Positions 1-14,029 of a DNA stretch of 64,000 nucleotides are shown piece by piece. The notes under the pieces are model-generated. The model ran no database searches. It was not told the origin of the DNA and saw only the letters and a program-made list of their open reading frames with translations. Each line of letters begins with the position of its first letter. Position 1 is the stretch's first letter. The stretch is from Hemiscyllium ocellatum (Eukaryota). Location of the stretch: positions 744,001-808,000 of the forward strand of contig NC_083427.1 of the NCBI RefSeq assembly GCF_020745735.1, written 5' to 3'. The translations under genes and the position numbers were made by a program.

Positions 1-224
1 TCTTCCTTTGCAACATTCTGGAAAACGAATTTAAATCAGAAATGAGAGTGGGCTGACAAAACACAAAGGCAGCTTGTGAAATTGATTAACATGTATATGC
101 TAAGTCGGAAAAAGCAAGCACAAAAGCTGGTGCATTTCCAGAAAGCCACAGTTATTCAATAATATCCAAGAGGTAAGGTAATTGGTTTGAACTTCCACTT
201 GAATGTTAGATGTGCAGAAGAAAG

Positions 225-489
225 AGAAAGGGAGAGAGGTAGGGAGTAAGTGTGAGAGAGGGAGAAAGAATGTGAGAGACGGGGAGAATGAGGGGCATGA
301 GACAGAGAGAGAAGGTGGTAGAACGAGACCGAAAGAGAGAAAGGAAGCAATGCGAAAAGGGAAGATGACGAAGAGAGAAAGAGAGAGAAATGAAAGGAGA
401 GACATCAAAGAGGGAGAAGGGGAGAAGGGATGAGCTTGAGCCACACACAGAGGGTTTGTAAGAAAGAAATGAGAGTTTGTAAGCGTGGA

Positions 490-542
<53 letters not shown>

Positions 543-560
543 AATAAACAGTGAAATGAG
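225..560. repeat. Polypurine (GA)-rich low-complexity tract with (GA)n microsatellite at ~490-541
   Basis: Almost pure A/G on the + strand, ending in gagagagaga runs. It explains the low-complexity ORFs 100-656. Confidence 0.9.
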
Positions 561-2145
561 ATGAGAGCGCAGAAGATGGGTTTCATAAATTTGGAATTCA
601 ATCAGAGCTTCTGTAGAATCTCTCAAACGTCTATGCACTGGAAATGAAAGCAGCAAACATGCATGAGCGCAATCATTTCCAATTTTGCTTTCAAGTTATT
701 GAGCATTGTGCCTTGTAATAGATAATCTCTGGTCCTTCTTTTGCTGAGCCGCAGTCCTTGAAGGTAGGATGTTGCTGAATGAAATTGTCGAAGTACCTCC
801 ACCAGATGCCGTCCAAAAGTAGATGGTCTCCCTTAATTGTTCCATTGAAGACTTTCCGGGGAAGAATGATAGCCTTTCTATTAAAGCTGCATGGGAGATC
901 GTGAGGAATAGAGACGCTGAAGAGTCAGATCGATAAGTGTGCCGCTGGAAATGCACAGCAGATCAGGCAGCATCCAAAGAGGAGGAGATTTGAAATTTTG
1001 GGCATATCCCTTCATTAGGAATGTCAAGATCACACCCTTAGAATTAAAAGCTTTCACTGCATTATTTGTTCAAATGCAAACTACCACTTTACGTTGTATG
1101 GATAGTGCCTGTTTATTAAAGTATTTTCCCCTGAAACTAACAGTGTTGGGAATGCTTGGCAGCTTCTGTTGCGAGTAAATGAGCTCAGGTTTAAAGCTTT
1201 CATGGTTTGCTAAAGTTAAAATGATACAAAACGGCAGTAGGGGTCTTTCACACAATCATCTTCAAGAATTTTCAAATGTTATTTATTAATATTAACTCAA
1301 TAGTTTGACACCACTGCCAGTTCGTGCAGAATACGAAACCCTGAAACTTCACTTTCAGTCAGGAATAGATCACAGTTTTACACGAATCTCGGATTGGAAA
1401 ACGCAATTCCAGAATTTCCCATTGTCCAGTTGTAAAGGAACAAACACTGAAAAAATGCAGGAAATTAATAGGTCTGACACATTCTAGATTTCTGCAGAAA
1501 GGTCATCTTGGATTTGAAATGTTATCCCTGCTTCTGTCTCCTCAGATGCTGTCAGTTAACATTTCCAGTCTGGTAATCTTTTATTAAGGATAAACTTGGT
1601 CGTTTTAATGCTGCGAGCTAACTCTACATGAACACGACTGCAACCGACTATCTGCAACTGGGAACATTACCAATTGGAAATTCTAATTCAAACCACTCAC
1701 CATTCCGACTTGGAAATATGTTGCTGTTTCTTCAATATTGCAGAGTCCATATCCTGGAGTTCTCTCCCTAATAGCATTATATATCTACCATCAACACATT
1801 GACTGCATGATTCAAGATGTACGTTCATCATCCCTCCCTCTCCGTTATGGACTAAAAATGACCCCCTCAAAAGAGTTCAAGAAGGTAACCTAGACCTTAA
1901 CATTTTAAGCTAAAGGCAGATGTGAAGTGAGTATCCCAGGTGTGATTCAGCTGGTCATACAACTTCGTTTTAAGTAATTCAATATTTTCTTTAAAACTAG
2001 AGTTGAAACACAAACAAAAGAAAACAGAATTGAGAATAGCTTGTTGGAAATCAGAACTAATCCAACACAGCAACTTCACCAAGAAACTTCTCCCATCAAG
2101 CAACACCCCATAAACACACCCATTGGCAAAAGGGAAATTTAAACA

Positions 2146-5100
2146 CAGATTCTTATCAGTTGGAGGGAACAACCTCCAGAGATTTCCGAGAGGTACGTCA
2201 ACTTGAAATCATCTTCTGAAGTTTGGAACCCTGTTACACTCCAACTGCTTCTGTCTGTTACTGTGAAACCGAAGTTCAAGAATCTTGAACCTGGAGAAGT
2301 GTTAACTCCCTTGCCATTGTTAAACTAAGCTTTTCCGAAACATTTGGTCCGTCTGTCTTTACAAAATCTTTCAAAAGAAAACAAGGACAAAATAATCTTA
2401 TTAAAGGGACATCATTGTCACACCTCCACCTTCTCAAGGAGCAACGAGGATGGGCACTAAGCACTGGATCCAGATAGCGATGCCAAATTCCCATGTAGCG
2501 AAGTGTTTTCCCCAAGTATTGTAAACACATGAGCACTGCCAAAATCAGTAATAACATTTGAGGTAAACACTGAGTACTGCACTCTCCAACTTCTTCCTTT
2601 CCGAAAAAAAAAAGTCTAGTCACTGCAACTACAATTTTGTTTGGAAATTAACGCATGCCTTTCTGCCAGTACCCCTATCCTGTGAACGATTGAAAAGAAA
2701 AGCCAGGAACCTGCTTCCAGTGAAATCCTACTATGAAGAGAAAAGTTCCATTTTCCATGAACGGTGCAACTTGTAGATAGGTTTTTGAGTGCAAAGAATG
2801 AAGAGCAGGCCATAAAGACAATTAATTTTCTCAGTTAAGATTTGCAAACTGGTGCTCAACCACTGAATGTGTTAACTCATTGCCTTCACTGGTCCAAAAG
2901 CTCTCATTCACTTGCCTGACTTATTTCCCAAGAAGTGGTCGACCTTTGCCTCTTCTCTGTACATCCATCTACATATTGATTAAGAAAACATTCTCCCTTG
3001 GAAAGGAAGCGTTGCTGCACCCATATCAGTGACATGAGAGGATGAATAATAATCCATACGAATCACTCCATTGATACATTTCTGGTTGAAACAGAATCGT
3101 AGAACCATACAACATATCGATAGTCTAATCTGCCAGTTGTACATGCGTGCTGGCTACCTTGAAAGAGACATCGAATTTGTAGCACTTTAAATCACTTTCA
3201 CACTGATTATTTTATTTGCAAACTACTCATTCTCTTGCTTTTTCAAGGTCAATGTGTTTTCTGTTGTTCCTTGTTTTAAAGCAAGTATTTTACATTCATG
3301 CTCAGCTATTGACAGCACTGACAGAGAAAATGCTTTATTCCCACAACAAACCTATAATCATGAATCCATCAGTTAAAAAGTCTCTGCAACTACAGAAATA
3401 CAGCAACAGAAAGTGGAGTTGCAGGTCGATAGGATAGTGAAGAAGGTGTTTGATATGCTTGCCTTTATTGGTCACTCCATTGAGTATTGAGTTGAGAAGT
3501 CATGTTACGGCTGTACAGAACATTGGCTAATCTAGTTCTGGAGGACTATCCACAATTCTGGTCTCCCTGCTGAAGGAAGGATGTCGTCAACCCTGAAAGT
3601 TTTCACCATAGATTAACAAGGATTTTGCCATGAGTGGAGGGTTTGAGCTATCGGGAGAGTTAGAATAAACTGTTGCTATTCAAAATCAGGTTCTTACCAG
3701 TTGGAGAGAACAACCTCCAGAGATTTCTGAGAGGTACGTCAACTTGAAAGGATCTTCTCAAGTTTGAAACCCTGTTACACTCCAACTGCTTCTGTCTGTT
3801 ACTGTGAAACCGAAGTTCAAGAAGCTTGAACGTGGAGAACTGTTAATTCCCTTGCCATTGTTAAACTAAGCCTTTCCGAAACATTTTGGTACGTCTGTCT
3901 TTACAAAATCTTTCAAAAGAAAACAAAGACAAAATAATCTTTTTAAAGGGACATCATTGTCACACCTCCACCTTCTCAAGGAGCAACGAGTTTGGGCACG
4001 AAGCACTGGATCCAGATAGCGATGCCAAATTCCCATGTAGCGAAGTGCTCCCCCTCCACAGTATTGTAAACACATGAGCATTGTCAAAATCAATAATAAC
4101 ATTTGAGGTAAACACTGAGTACTGCACTCTCCAACTTCTTCCTTTCCGAAATAAAAAGACTATTCACTGCATGTACAATTTTGTTTGGAAATTAACGCAT
4201 GCCTTTCTGCCAGTACCCCTATCCTGTGAAAGATTGAAAAGAAAAGCCAGGAACCTGCTTCCCGTGAAATCCTACTATGAAGACAAAAGTTCCATTTTCC
4301 ATGAACGGTGCAACTTGTAGATAGGGTTTTGAGTGCAAAGAATGCGGAGCAGGCCATAAAGACAATTAAGTTTCTCAGTTAAAGTTTGCAAACTGATGCT
4401 CCATCACTGAATGCTGAGATGGTGTCAATGATATGCAGCAGTCTCTGGTCTTGCAGAGACACCCACAGTGCTGTTGAGAAGGTCAGTCAAAGACTGTACC
4501 CTTCAGGAATGAGCAACACTGCTGGAGCTGCGATATAACTCCAAGTGAAGACGGTGAGGGGCTTGGAAATACGTTGAATTTATGTGTGTTCCCATGCATC
4601 TGCTGCCCCATTCTTCTCGATTATAGAGGCCATTTGTAAACCATATATTGTAACATGTCTAAATGAGAACAAAAGGACACAACATATTGCAGGATGGTAC
4701 GGGGATTGGTTACCTCGGTTGGCTGAGTGTTTATTTTCTGATAGAGAGGACAATAGTGTTGGTGGAATTCCCTTGGTAAATTTGCATTTACTGTCAGGGA
4801 GGATGCAATCGAGAATCTGGTGGTCTGAACCAAACAAAAAAGAGGACTGTTAGGAAAGACATTTGACGTAGAGAAGTTATACAACCAAGACAGGATGTAT
4901 GCTATTTGAGAATAAGGGACGTGAGGTGAGATTTATGGAAATTCTGACCAGAGTGTTCCAAGTCTAATGTTTTGAAGGACCTGACAGCAGGAATGGAGGA
5001 TTGCAAATGATAACATTTTATTTAGGATCGTGGAGGGGGCGTGCAGCAAGCACCCAAATGCCAGTAATATCAATTGGAAGCGTGGTCACACGCAAAGTAA

Positions 5101-8100
5101 AGAACACTTTATGGCTAAAAACCAACATTTGTTGTTGACTTGGTACCGACCAGGATGTGAATTTCCAATGACATTTGACATTTTGCAAGGGCTAAAACCT
5201 CGCAAGATGGGTTGGAATAGACCATCGGCAGTAAACCGTATTATGGCGTCATAACTCTAGCCATAACCCTATTGCTTTATTAATACAAGATTTATTTTGT
5301 CCTGTTAAAAACACGGAGGATACCATTCATTTAGAGGCATGCAGTCATAGAGTCATGCAACATGGACACTGCCCCTTCAGCCCAACTGTTACATTCCATC
5401 AAGGGTTCCTAAACGGAACTTTCCCAATTTCCTGCGATTGGTCCATATCTCTATAAACCTTTGCAATCTATGTACCCGTCCAAATTGCGTTTACATGTTA
5501 GAAGTTTACCTGCATCTACCACTTGCTCTGGCAGCTCATATGCATCACCCTCTGTGTGGAACAGTTGCCCCTCAGGTCACTTTTAAATTGTTTTCCTCTC
5601 ACCCTAAACTTCTGCCCTCTTGTTTTGGACTGCTGTACAGTGGGGAAGAAATAGACCTTGGCTGTTCACCCTTTAAATGCCACTCGTGATTTTATGATAT
5701 GAGGTACTGGTGTTGGACTATGGTGGACATGTTCAGAAGTCACAAAACACAAAGTTACAATCCAACGGGATTATTTGAAATCAAAAGCTTTCAAAGTGCT
5801 GCCCTTTCATCACATGAAGTGATGCAGAGATAGTGCTCTGGAAGGTTGTGATGACAAATAGATCTGTTTAACTACAACTGGTAGTCATATGACTTTTGAC
5901 CATGACTTTATAAACATTTATAAGGTCACCCTTCAGCCTCGTACGTTCCAGGGAATAACAGTCCGAGCTTATCGAGTCTCACCTCTTAACTCAATCCCTC
6001 CTGCCTTGGGAACATCCTTATAAATATTCTTTGCATCCTACCATTTTAATGACATCTTTCCTGTAGTCTGACCGGAATTGTACACAGTACTCCAAATGTG
6101 GTCTCACCAGTTACGTTAACATCCATAACATGAAATCCCAAACTCCTGTAATCAATGCTCTGACAGGTGAAGGCAAGTGTGACATACGGCCTTCTTCACC
6201 AATCAGTCTACCTTTGTCACCACTTTCAATGAACTGTGCCTCTGCGCCCTGAGAAATGTCAACATGCTATTGGTTCTTCCATTATGTCCTGATCTGGTTT
6301 GTCTTAAGAAAATGTAACACTTTGCATTTAAGTAATTTAAACTCCATCTGCCATTCCTCGCAACATTGGCCCAGTTCTCCTCGTATGGAACCTTCTTGAC
6401 TTTGTATTTAATTTGGACTGAGTCATGAACAATGTCTCAGATTTTCTCAACAAAAACGTTTACTTAACCGATGAATAACAGTGAAACAAACACCAGTACT
6501 TGAGGCACACAACTGGTCACAACCTCCAGTCTGAACCACAACCTCTATCACCACCCTCTGTCTATGAGCATGAAGCCAAATTTTCTAATTCACTAGTTCT
6601 TCTTGCATCCCATTTGTTTCTCATGGTATTATCCAGTCTGCCATGCGGAACCTTGTTAAAGGCCTTACCAATGTCCATGTGCACACTGTCTGCCATTCTG
6701 TCTTAATCTATCGTCTTGGTCACCCCTCCAATGATCTCAGTGAAATTAGTGAGACACGATCTCCCACTTGCAAAGTCATGCTGAGTGATCCTCATTAATC
6801 CTTGCCGTTCCAAATGCACGTTGATATTTTCTCTCAGAATCCCCTCTAATAACTTATCCAGCACTGACGTCAGGCTTTCTGTTATATAGTTCCCATGCTT
6901 TTGCTTTCAGTCTTTCTTAAATAATGACAAAATACTTGAACCTTTCTGTCATTTAGCAGTTCATCCGTGGTTGTTCATGTCACAGATATATCTGCCAGTC
7001 GCTGCAATTACATTTCCATAGTCCCAAAATATACTAGGATAAACCTAAGCATGTCCCAGGTATTCGTCTACTTTTATGCATTTTGATGCCTTCGGCATCT
7101 CCTTGTCAGTAATGAGGACTCTTCTCAAGAGATGAGTATTGATTTCGCTGAGTTGCTCGCGTCCATGTCTTCCTGCATTCTGACACAAAATATTCGTTTG
7201 GGACCTCGCCCATCTCCTGCCGTTTCACACATATATGTGACCCTTTCTTTAAGGGGACCTATTCTCTCCCTAGTTACTTTTTCGCCCTTAATATACATGT
7301 AAAATCATTTTGGTTTCTCCTTAATCTAAATTGCCAAAACTATCTCCTATCCCCTTTATGCTGTACTCGTTTTCCTCTTAGGTATGCCCCTATACCCCCT
7401 TTACTTTCAAAGGATTCACTGATCCCAGATATTCAAAACTGAAATATGCCTCTTGCTTTTTCTTGACCCGAGCGTTAACATCTCTCCTCAGTCAGCGTTC
7501 CCTACTCCTGTCAGCTGTGCCCTTCAATCTCACAGGAACATGTTGTCTGTGAACTCTTGTTATGTCACTTTTGAACCCTTCCAATTTGCCAGATGTCCTT
7601 TTACTTGCGAAGAGCCCCACCCAATCAACTGTTGACAGTTTCTATGTAGTAACATCAAAATTGGCAGTACCCTGATTTAGAATTGAACTTGTGCATTAGT
7701 TGTATCATTTTCCATTACTATTTTAGGAGAATAGAATTACAGTCACTGGTCCAAAAGCTCTCATTCACTTGCCTGACTTATTTCCCAAGAAGTGGTCGAC
7801 CTTTGCCTCTTCTCTGTACATCCATCTACATATTGATTAAGAAAACATTCTCCCTTGGAAAGGAAGCGTTGCTGCACCCATATCAGTGACATGAGAGGAT
7901 GAATAATAATCCATACGAACCACTCCATTGACACATTTCTGTTTGAAACAGAATCGTAGAAACATCCAACATATCGGTAGTCTAATCTGCCAGTTGTACA
8001 TGCGTGCTGGCTACCTTGAAAGAGACATCGAATTTGTAGCACTTTAAATCACTTTCACACTGATTATTTTATTTGCAAACTACCCATTCTCTTGCTTTTT

Positions 8101-11100
8101 CAAGGTCAATGTGTTTTCTGTTGTCCCTTGTTTTACAGCAAGTATTTTACATTCATGCTCAGCTATTGACAGCACTGACAGAGAAAATGCTTTATTCCCA
8201 CAACAAACCTATAATCATGAATCCATCAGTTAAAAAGTCTCTGCAACTACAGAAATACGGCAACAGAAAGTGGAGTTGCAGGTCGATAGGATAGTGAAGA
8301 AGGTGTTTGATATGCTTGCCTTTATTGGTCACTCCATTGAGTATTGAGTTGAGAGGTCATGTTACGGCTGTACAGAACATTGGCTAATCTCGTTCTGGAG
8401 GACTATCCACAATTCTGGTCTCCCTGCTGAAGGAAGGATGTCGTCAACCCTGAAAGTTTTCACCATAGATTAACAAGGGTTTTGCCATGAGTGGAGGGTT
8501 TGAGCTATCGGGAGAGTCTGAATAAACTGTTGCTATTCAAACTCAGGTTCTTACCAGTTGGAGAGAACAACCTCCAGAGATTTCCGAGAGGTACGTCAAC
8601 TTGAAAGGATCTTCTCAAGTTTTAAACCCTGTTACACTCCAACTGCTTCTGTCTGTTACTGTGAAACCGAAGTTCAAGAAGCTTGAACGTGGAGAACTGT
8701 TAATTCCCTTGCCATTGTTAAACTAAGCCTTTCCGAAACATTTTGGTACGTCTGTCTTTACAAAATCTTTCAAAAGAAAACAAGGACAAAATAATCTTTT
8801 TAAAGGGAAATCATTGTCACACCTCCACCTTCTCAAGGAGCAACGAGGATGGGCACTAAGCACTGGATCCAGATAGCGATGCCAAATTCCCATGTAGCGA
8901 TGTGCTCCCCCCAGTAGTGCAAACACATGAGCACTGTCAAAATCAGTAATAACACTTGAGGTAAACACTGAGTACTGCACTCTCCACCTTCTTCCTTTCC
9001 GAAAAAAAAGTCTAGTCACTGCAACTACAATTTTGTTTGGAAATTAACGCATGCCTTTCTGCCAGTACCCCTATCCTGTGAAAGATTGAAAAGAAAAGCC
9101 AGGAACGTGCTTCCAGTGAAATCCAACTATGAAGACAAAAGTTCCATTTTCCATGAACGGTGCAACTTGTAGATAGGGTTTTGAGTGCAAAGAATGAGGA
9201 GCAGGCCATAAAGACAATTAATTTTCTCAGTTAAGGTTTGCAAACTGGTGCTGAACCACTGAATGACTTAACTCATTGCCTTCCCCAGTGTGCAGTGAAG
9301 GCTGGCCCATTGCATGTTTGTTTGCAATAAATGGGAAATCATGATTTGGGAGAGCAGTCTGCAATTGGCGTTAGGCTGGAATCCAATGAGCCGTCGTCTT
9401 ATCACATGGCAGAACAGGTTCAAAGGAGCAAATAGCCTACTGCTGCTTCTATTTCTTAATGCCTTACTTAGGATTACACAAATCCAGTCAGTTTTATAGT
9501 AAGGTTACAGGCATGGTGGGTGAACGTATTATATGTACCTTCATTATGTGTACAAGGCAAAACAGGAAGAATCACTACCTCGGCGTCTAAACATAATTGA
9601 AGATCATAAAAATAAATATGCAGCTCGAAATTGTTAAAAAAATTTCTTAGAACATACGAAGGAGAAGGTTTCACTGATTAATTGGTTCAGTTTAAAGAGA
9701 TGGTGGAGAAAATATTCTTTTTCACTCAGTTTCCAGGATTCTTGCTCAATTTGATATAAATGTGCTGATTTGGCTGTATCAGTAGAGGGCGCAGTTTATA
9801 GACAGGCCCAACTCTCGTCTCTTTTTCTACTGTCAGCTGGATGGAATAAAACGAGCAAGTATTATTTTCATTCATTCAAGATACAATGAGAGCCATTAAG
9901 TATGCAAGCATGTTATTGCCCATCCGGAGCTGACATGGTGTCAATGATACGCAGAAGTCTCTGGTCTTGCAGAGACACCCACAGTGCTATTGAGAAGGTC
10001 GGTCAAAGACTGTACCCTTCAGGAATGAGCAATACTGCTGGAGCTGCGATATAACTCCAAGTGAAGACGGTGAGGGGCTTGGAAATACATTGAATTTATG
10101 TGTGTTCCCATGCATCTGCTGCCCCATCCGTCTCGGTTATAGAGGCCATTTCTAAACCATATATTGGAACATGTCTAAATGAGAACAAAGGACACAACAT
10201 ATTGCAGTATGGTACGGGGATTCGTTACCACGGTTGGCTGAGTGTTTAGTTTCTGATAGAGAGGACAATAGCGTTGTTTGAATTCCCTTGGTAAATTTGC
10301 ATTTACTGTCAGGGAGGATGCAATCGAGAATCTGGTGTTCTGAACCGAACAAAAAAGAGGACTGTCAGGAAAGACATTTGACATAGAGAAGTTATACAAC
10401 CAAGACAGGATGTATACTATTTGAGAATAAGGGACGTGAGGTGAGGTTTATGGAAATTCTGACCACAGTGTTCCAAGTCTAATGTTTTGACGGACCTTAA
10501 AGCAGAAATGGAGGATTGTAAATGATAGCCTTTTATTTAAGATGGTGGAGGGCGCGTGCAGCAAGCACACAAATGCAAGTAATATCAATTGGAAACGTGG
10601 TCACAGGCAAAGTAAAGAACACTTTTACAGAATATGGCTAAAAACCAACATTTGCTGTTGACTTGGTACCGACCGGGATGTGAATTTCCAATGACATTTG
10701 ACATTTTGCAAGGGCTAAAACCTCGCAAAATGGGTTGGAATAGACCATCGGCAGTAAACCGTATTATGGCTTCATAACTCTAGCCATAACCCTATTGCTT
10801 CATTGGTACAAGATTTATTTTGTCCTGTTAAACACACGGAGGATACCATTCATTTAGAGGCATGCAGTCATAGAGTCATGCAACATGGAAACTGCCCCTT
10901 CAGCCCAACGGTTACATTCCATCAAGGGTTCCTAAGCGGCACGTTGCTAATTTCCTCTGATTTCTCAATATCTCTATAAACCTTTGCAATCTATGTACCC
11001 GTCCAAATTGCGTTTACATGTTAGAACTGTGCCTGTATCTACCACTTGCTCTGGCAGCTCATATGCATCACCCTCTGGGTGGAGAAGTTGCCCCTCAGGT

Positions 11101-12118
11101 CACTTCTAAATTTTTTCCTCCCACCCTAATCTTCTGCTCTCTTGTTTTGGACTCCTGTACCGTGGGGAAAAAAAGACCTTGGCGGTTGACCCTTGAAATG
11201 CCACTCATGGTTTTATGATATGGAGGTACTGGTGTTGGACTATGTTGGACATCTTCAGAGTTCACAAAACACAAAGTTACCCTCCAATGGGATTATTTAA
11301 AATTATAAGCTTTCAAAGTGCTGCCCTTTCATCAAATGAAGTGATGTAGAGGTACTGCTCTGGAAGGTTGTGATGTCAAATAGATCTGTTTAACTACAAG
11401 TGGAAGTCATGTGACTTTTGGCCATGACTTTATAAACATTTATAAGTTCACACTTCAGCCTCGTACGCTCCAGCGAATAACAGTCCGAACTTAGCGAGTG
11501 TCTCCTCTTAACTCACTCCCTCCTGCCTTGGGGACATCCTTATAAATGTTCTTTGTCCCCTACCATTTTAATGACATCTTTCCTGTCGTCTGAACGGAAT
11601 TGTACACAGTACTCCAAATGTAGTCTCACCAATTATGTTAACATCCATAACATGATATCCCAAACTCTTGTAATCAATGCTCTGACAGATGAAGGCAAGT
11701 GTGACAAACGGCCTTCTTCATAAAACAGTCTACCTGCGACCCCTCTTTCAATGAACTGTGCATCTGCGCCCTGAGGCATGTCAACATACCTGTGTGTTCT
11801 TCCATTAAGTCCTGATCTGGTTTGTCTTAAGAAAATGCAACGCTTTGCATTTAAGTAATTTAAATTCCATCTGCCATTCTTCGCATCATTGGCCCAGTTC
11901 ACCTCGTATGGAACCTTCTTGACCTTGTATTTAATTTGGTGTTGTTCACACACTCATGAACGATACCTTAGACTTTCTCAACAAAAATGTTTACTTAACT
12001 GATGAATAACAGTGAAACAAACACCAGTACTTGAGCCACGCAACCAAAGATTAACAAGGATTTTGCCATGAGTGGAAGGTTTGAGCGATCGGGAGAGTTT
12101 GAATAAACTGGTGCTATT
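2146..12118. repeat. Mosaic local segmental duplication: X1 2146-2887, Y1 2887-3686, X2 3687-4413, Z1 4414-~6513, Y2 7744-8543, X3 8544-9283, Z2 9930-~12044, partial Y end 12048-12118
   Basis: Direct read-across: 'cag[a/g]ttctta[t/c]cagttggag' starts at 2146, 3687 and 8544; 'cactggtccaaaagctctc' at 2887 and 7744 (offset 4857); 'ctga[g/c]atggtgtcaatgata' at 4414 and 9930. Paralogous ORFs recur in the track (2616/4160/9012; 3216/8073). Confidence 0.92.
6515..7740 (-). mobile_element. Decayed CR1-type LINE fragment
   Basis: Reverse-strand CR1 RT-region sequence resembling the better-preserved copy near 16.2-16.6 kb (e.g. ccttaccaatgtccatgt; gagacacgatctcccacttgcaaagtcatg). Many stops; boundaries approximate. 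Confidence 0.6.
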
Positions 12119-12510
12119 TTCCTTGGTTCATTGGAAACTGAGGGCTGAACTTTTAGAGGTTTATAAAATCATGGGGGGCATGGACAATGTGAACACTCAA
12201 GGTATTTCCCTGAGTTAGAGGAGTCCAAAAACGGAGGGCATACTTTTAAGGTCAGAAAGATTTGAAAGGAACAAATGGGGCAACAGTTTCACTCAGACAG
12301 GTGGTGCCTATTTGGACTGAGCTCCACAGGAAGTGGTGGAGGCTGGCACAATTGCAACATTTAAAGAGCATCTGGATGGGTATATGGATAGGAACCGTTT
12401 AGCGAGATATGGGCATTAAATTGGCACATAGCACTAGATTCATTTAAGTTATCTAGTCAGCATTGACAAGTTGGGCTGAAGGGTCTGTTCCTGTGCTGTA
12501 CTTTCCACGA
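12048..12510 (+). mobile_element. CR1-type LINE 3' end
   Basis: Decayed CR1 ORF2 C-terminus (..EVYKIM..; ..FKEHLDGYMDR..) and 3' tail 'gggctgaagggtctgttcctgtgctgtac'. Confidence 0.7.
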
Positions 12511-13029
12511 CTCCACAACTCTTGCTGTCGGATTGTTCATTGCAGTCATGAATTTTCTACCATTTTCAATATTTACAATTCTTCATAATTGTGATAATTT
12601 CAATAAAAGTGACACTATCAAGGGCACGATTTATAATTGCAAAGGCTGTGCAGTGGCACAAAACAGATCTCTGACTGATTCAGTGATTTGTGAAGAATGA
12701 CCATGGCTTCATGATGTACTTTCTCAGTTCCCCTTATAACCAGGCCAACGGTTTAAGCTATAGCATTTAAAAGTCTCCTGTCCCTTCACAGATTTGTTCT
12801 GAAACCTCAAAGTTCATATATTTCAAATTCCTTTGCAAATTATTCGCAAAAGAAACAAAAAAAAGTACTTTCCTTCATGTCACAGAGCAATGTTTGTGTG
12901 TTTTCTTGAGCTTGGTCTCGATAACCACACATGTTTTCGAATACATCAACCATGATTTTGTTCCGGACCACATTTCGACATCTGCTTTCCACTGTTCACC
13001 TCCTTCAGCAACCTTCTCGTTTAGAATGT

Positions 13030-13560
13030 GAAACCTGGAGCAGAATTAGACCATTCAGTCTATCGAATCTGTCCCGGTATTCAATGAGATCATGGCAGAT
13101 CTGATAAACCTGGGCTTCAATTTCCTGACTTTTCCTTTTACCAATTGATTCCTTCACTGAATAAAAATCTCTCCTTCACTGCCTTGAATATTTTAACTAA
13201 CCCAGCATCGACCGCCCTCTATGAGAGGAAATTCAACAGATTCACAATCTTTTCATAGAACAAATGCCTCACCACATCTACGTTAAATAGATGAATCCTT
13301 ACACTGATTGTTTCCCACAAGGGGAAACAGTTTCTCCAAATCTCTTGCTGATTACAATTGGTATGATAAGATCGCCTTTCATTCTTCTCAATTACAAGGC
13401 CCAATCTTTTAATTATGTTTATTAAAAAAAAAGCCTTCATATCCGCGATTAGCTGAATGAAATTTGTCTGGACTCCATCCAATGTCAAAATATATTTCGA
13501 TAGATAACGGGACCAAAAGTTGTTCACGGTTTTCCAACCGTTATTTGATTATTGGCTTCT
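13030..13560 (-). mobile_element. Decayed CR1/L2-type LINE 3' fragment
   Basis: Pattern 'ggagcagaattagaccattcag...ttcaatgagatcatggcagatctg' matches the reverse complement of a CR1-like 3' end also seen at 24.35 kb. Confidence 0.55.
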
Positions 13561-14029
13561 ATAGTTTCAGAAGGCCTCTTTCCACAGCTCATAAGGAAGA
13601 TGTCCAAATATGAGTTAATTTGCAGGTGCCAATACTTTTAAAGTGGGACAGGTTTTGTCCCCAATTTGCATAATGTCCTACTTACGGAAAGAAGAATTGA
13701 GAAGTTAGTCATTCACCACGCCTTACTTAAAAATATCTACTAACTAATTATAATGTATGCCGTGATCATTTCAGCTGGATTCCAGATAATGTGAGAGCGA
13801 TTGTTCTTCATACTAATATCGCAATTGATCAAATAGGGAGTCAATGATCTCGATAAAAATTGGAGTCACTGAGAATGAGGTGAAAAATCGATGCTTTGCG
13901 CCATTCCCAGCAAATGGAAAATGTTTGTAGTTTTGGAGATCAGTAATCTCAGCGCCAGGACATCTCTACTGAAGTTCTTCAGAATAATCTTGGCTGAACT
14001 ATCTTCATCCGTTTAATTGATACGCTCCC

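Noticed and set aside
1-180. Possible exon end (ccaagag|gtaagg) or retroviral gag-like frame (..EWADKTQRQLVKLINMYMLSRKKQAQKL..)
   Set aside because: All three frames contain stops, the sequence is truncated by the window edge, and there is no diagnostic motif.
100-656. Several 60-130 aa ORFs on both strands
   Set aside because: Translations of the (GA)n/(TC)n low-complexity tract.
2020-2060. ELRIACW-(N)-IRT, resembling the start of an RTE/LINE endonuclease
   Set aside because: It needs a frameshift, and the downstream sequence does not continue with recognisable endonuclease motifs.
4465-4510. Isolated CACAGTG heptamers (also in the Z2 copy and near 10404) as orphan RSS
   Set aside because: No nonamer at 12 or 22/23 bp and no adjacent V, D or J-like sequence.
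2146-12044. Repeated blocks considered as a CRISPR array or as LTR pairs
   Set aside because: Units are 0.7-2 kb eukaryotic duplications with no short repeat-spacer periodicity, no TG..CA termini, PBS or PPT seen, and no gag/pol between copies.
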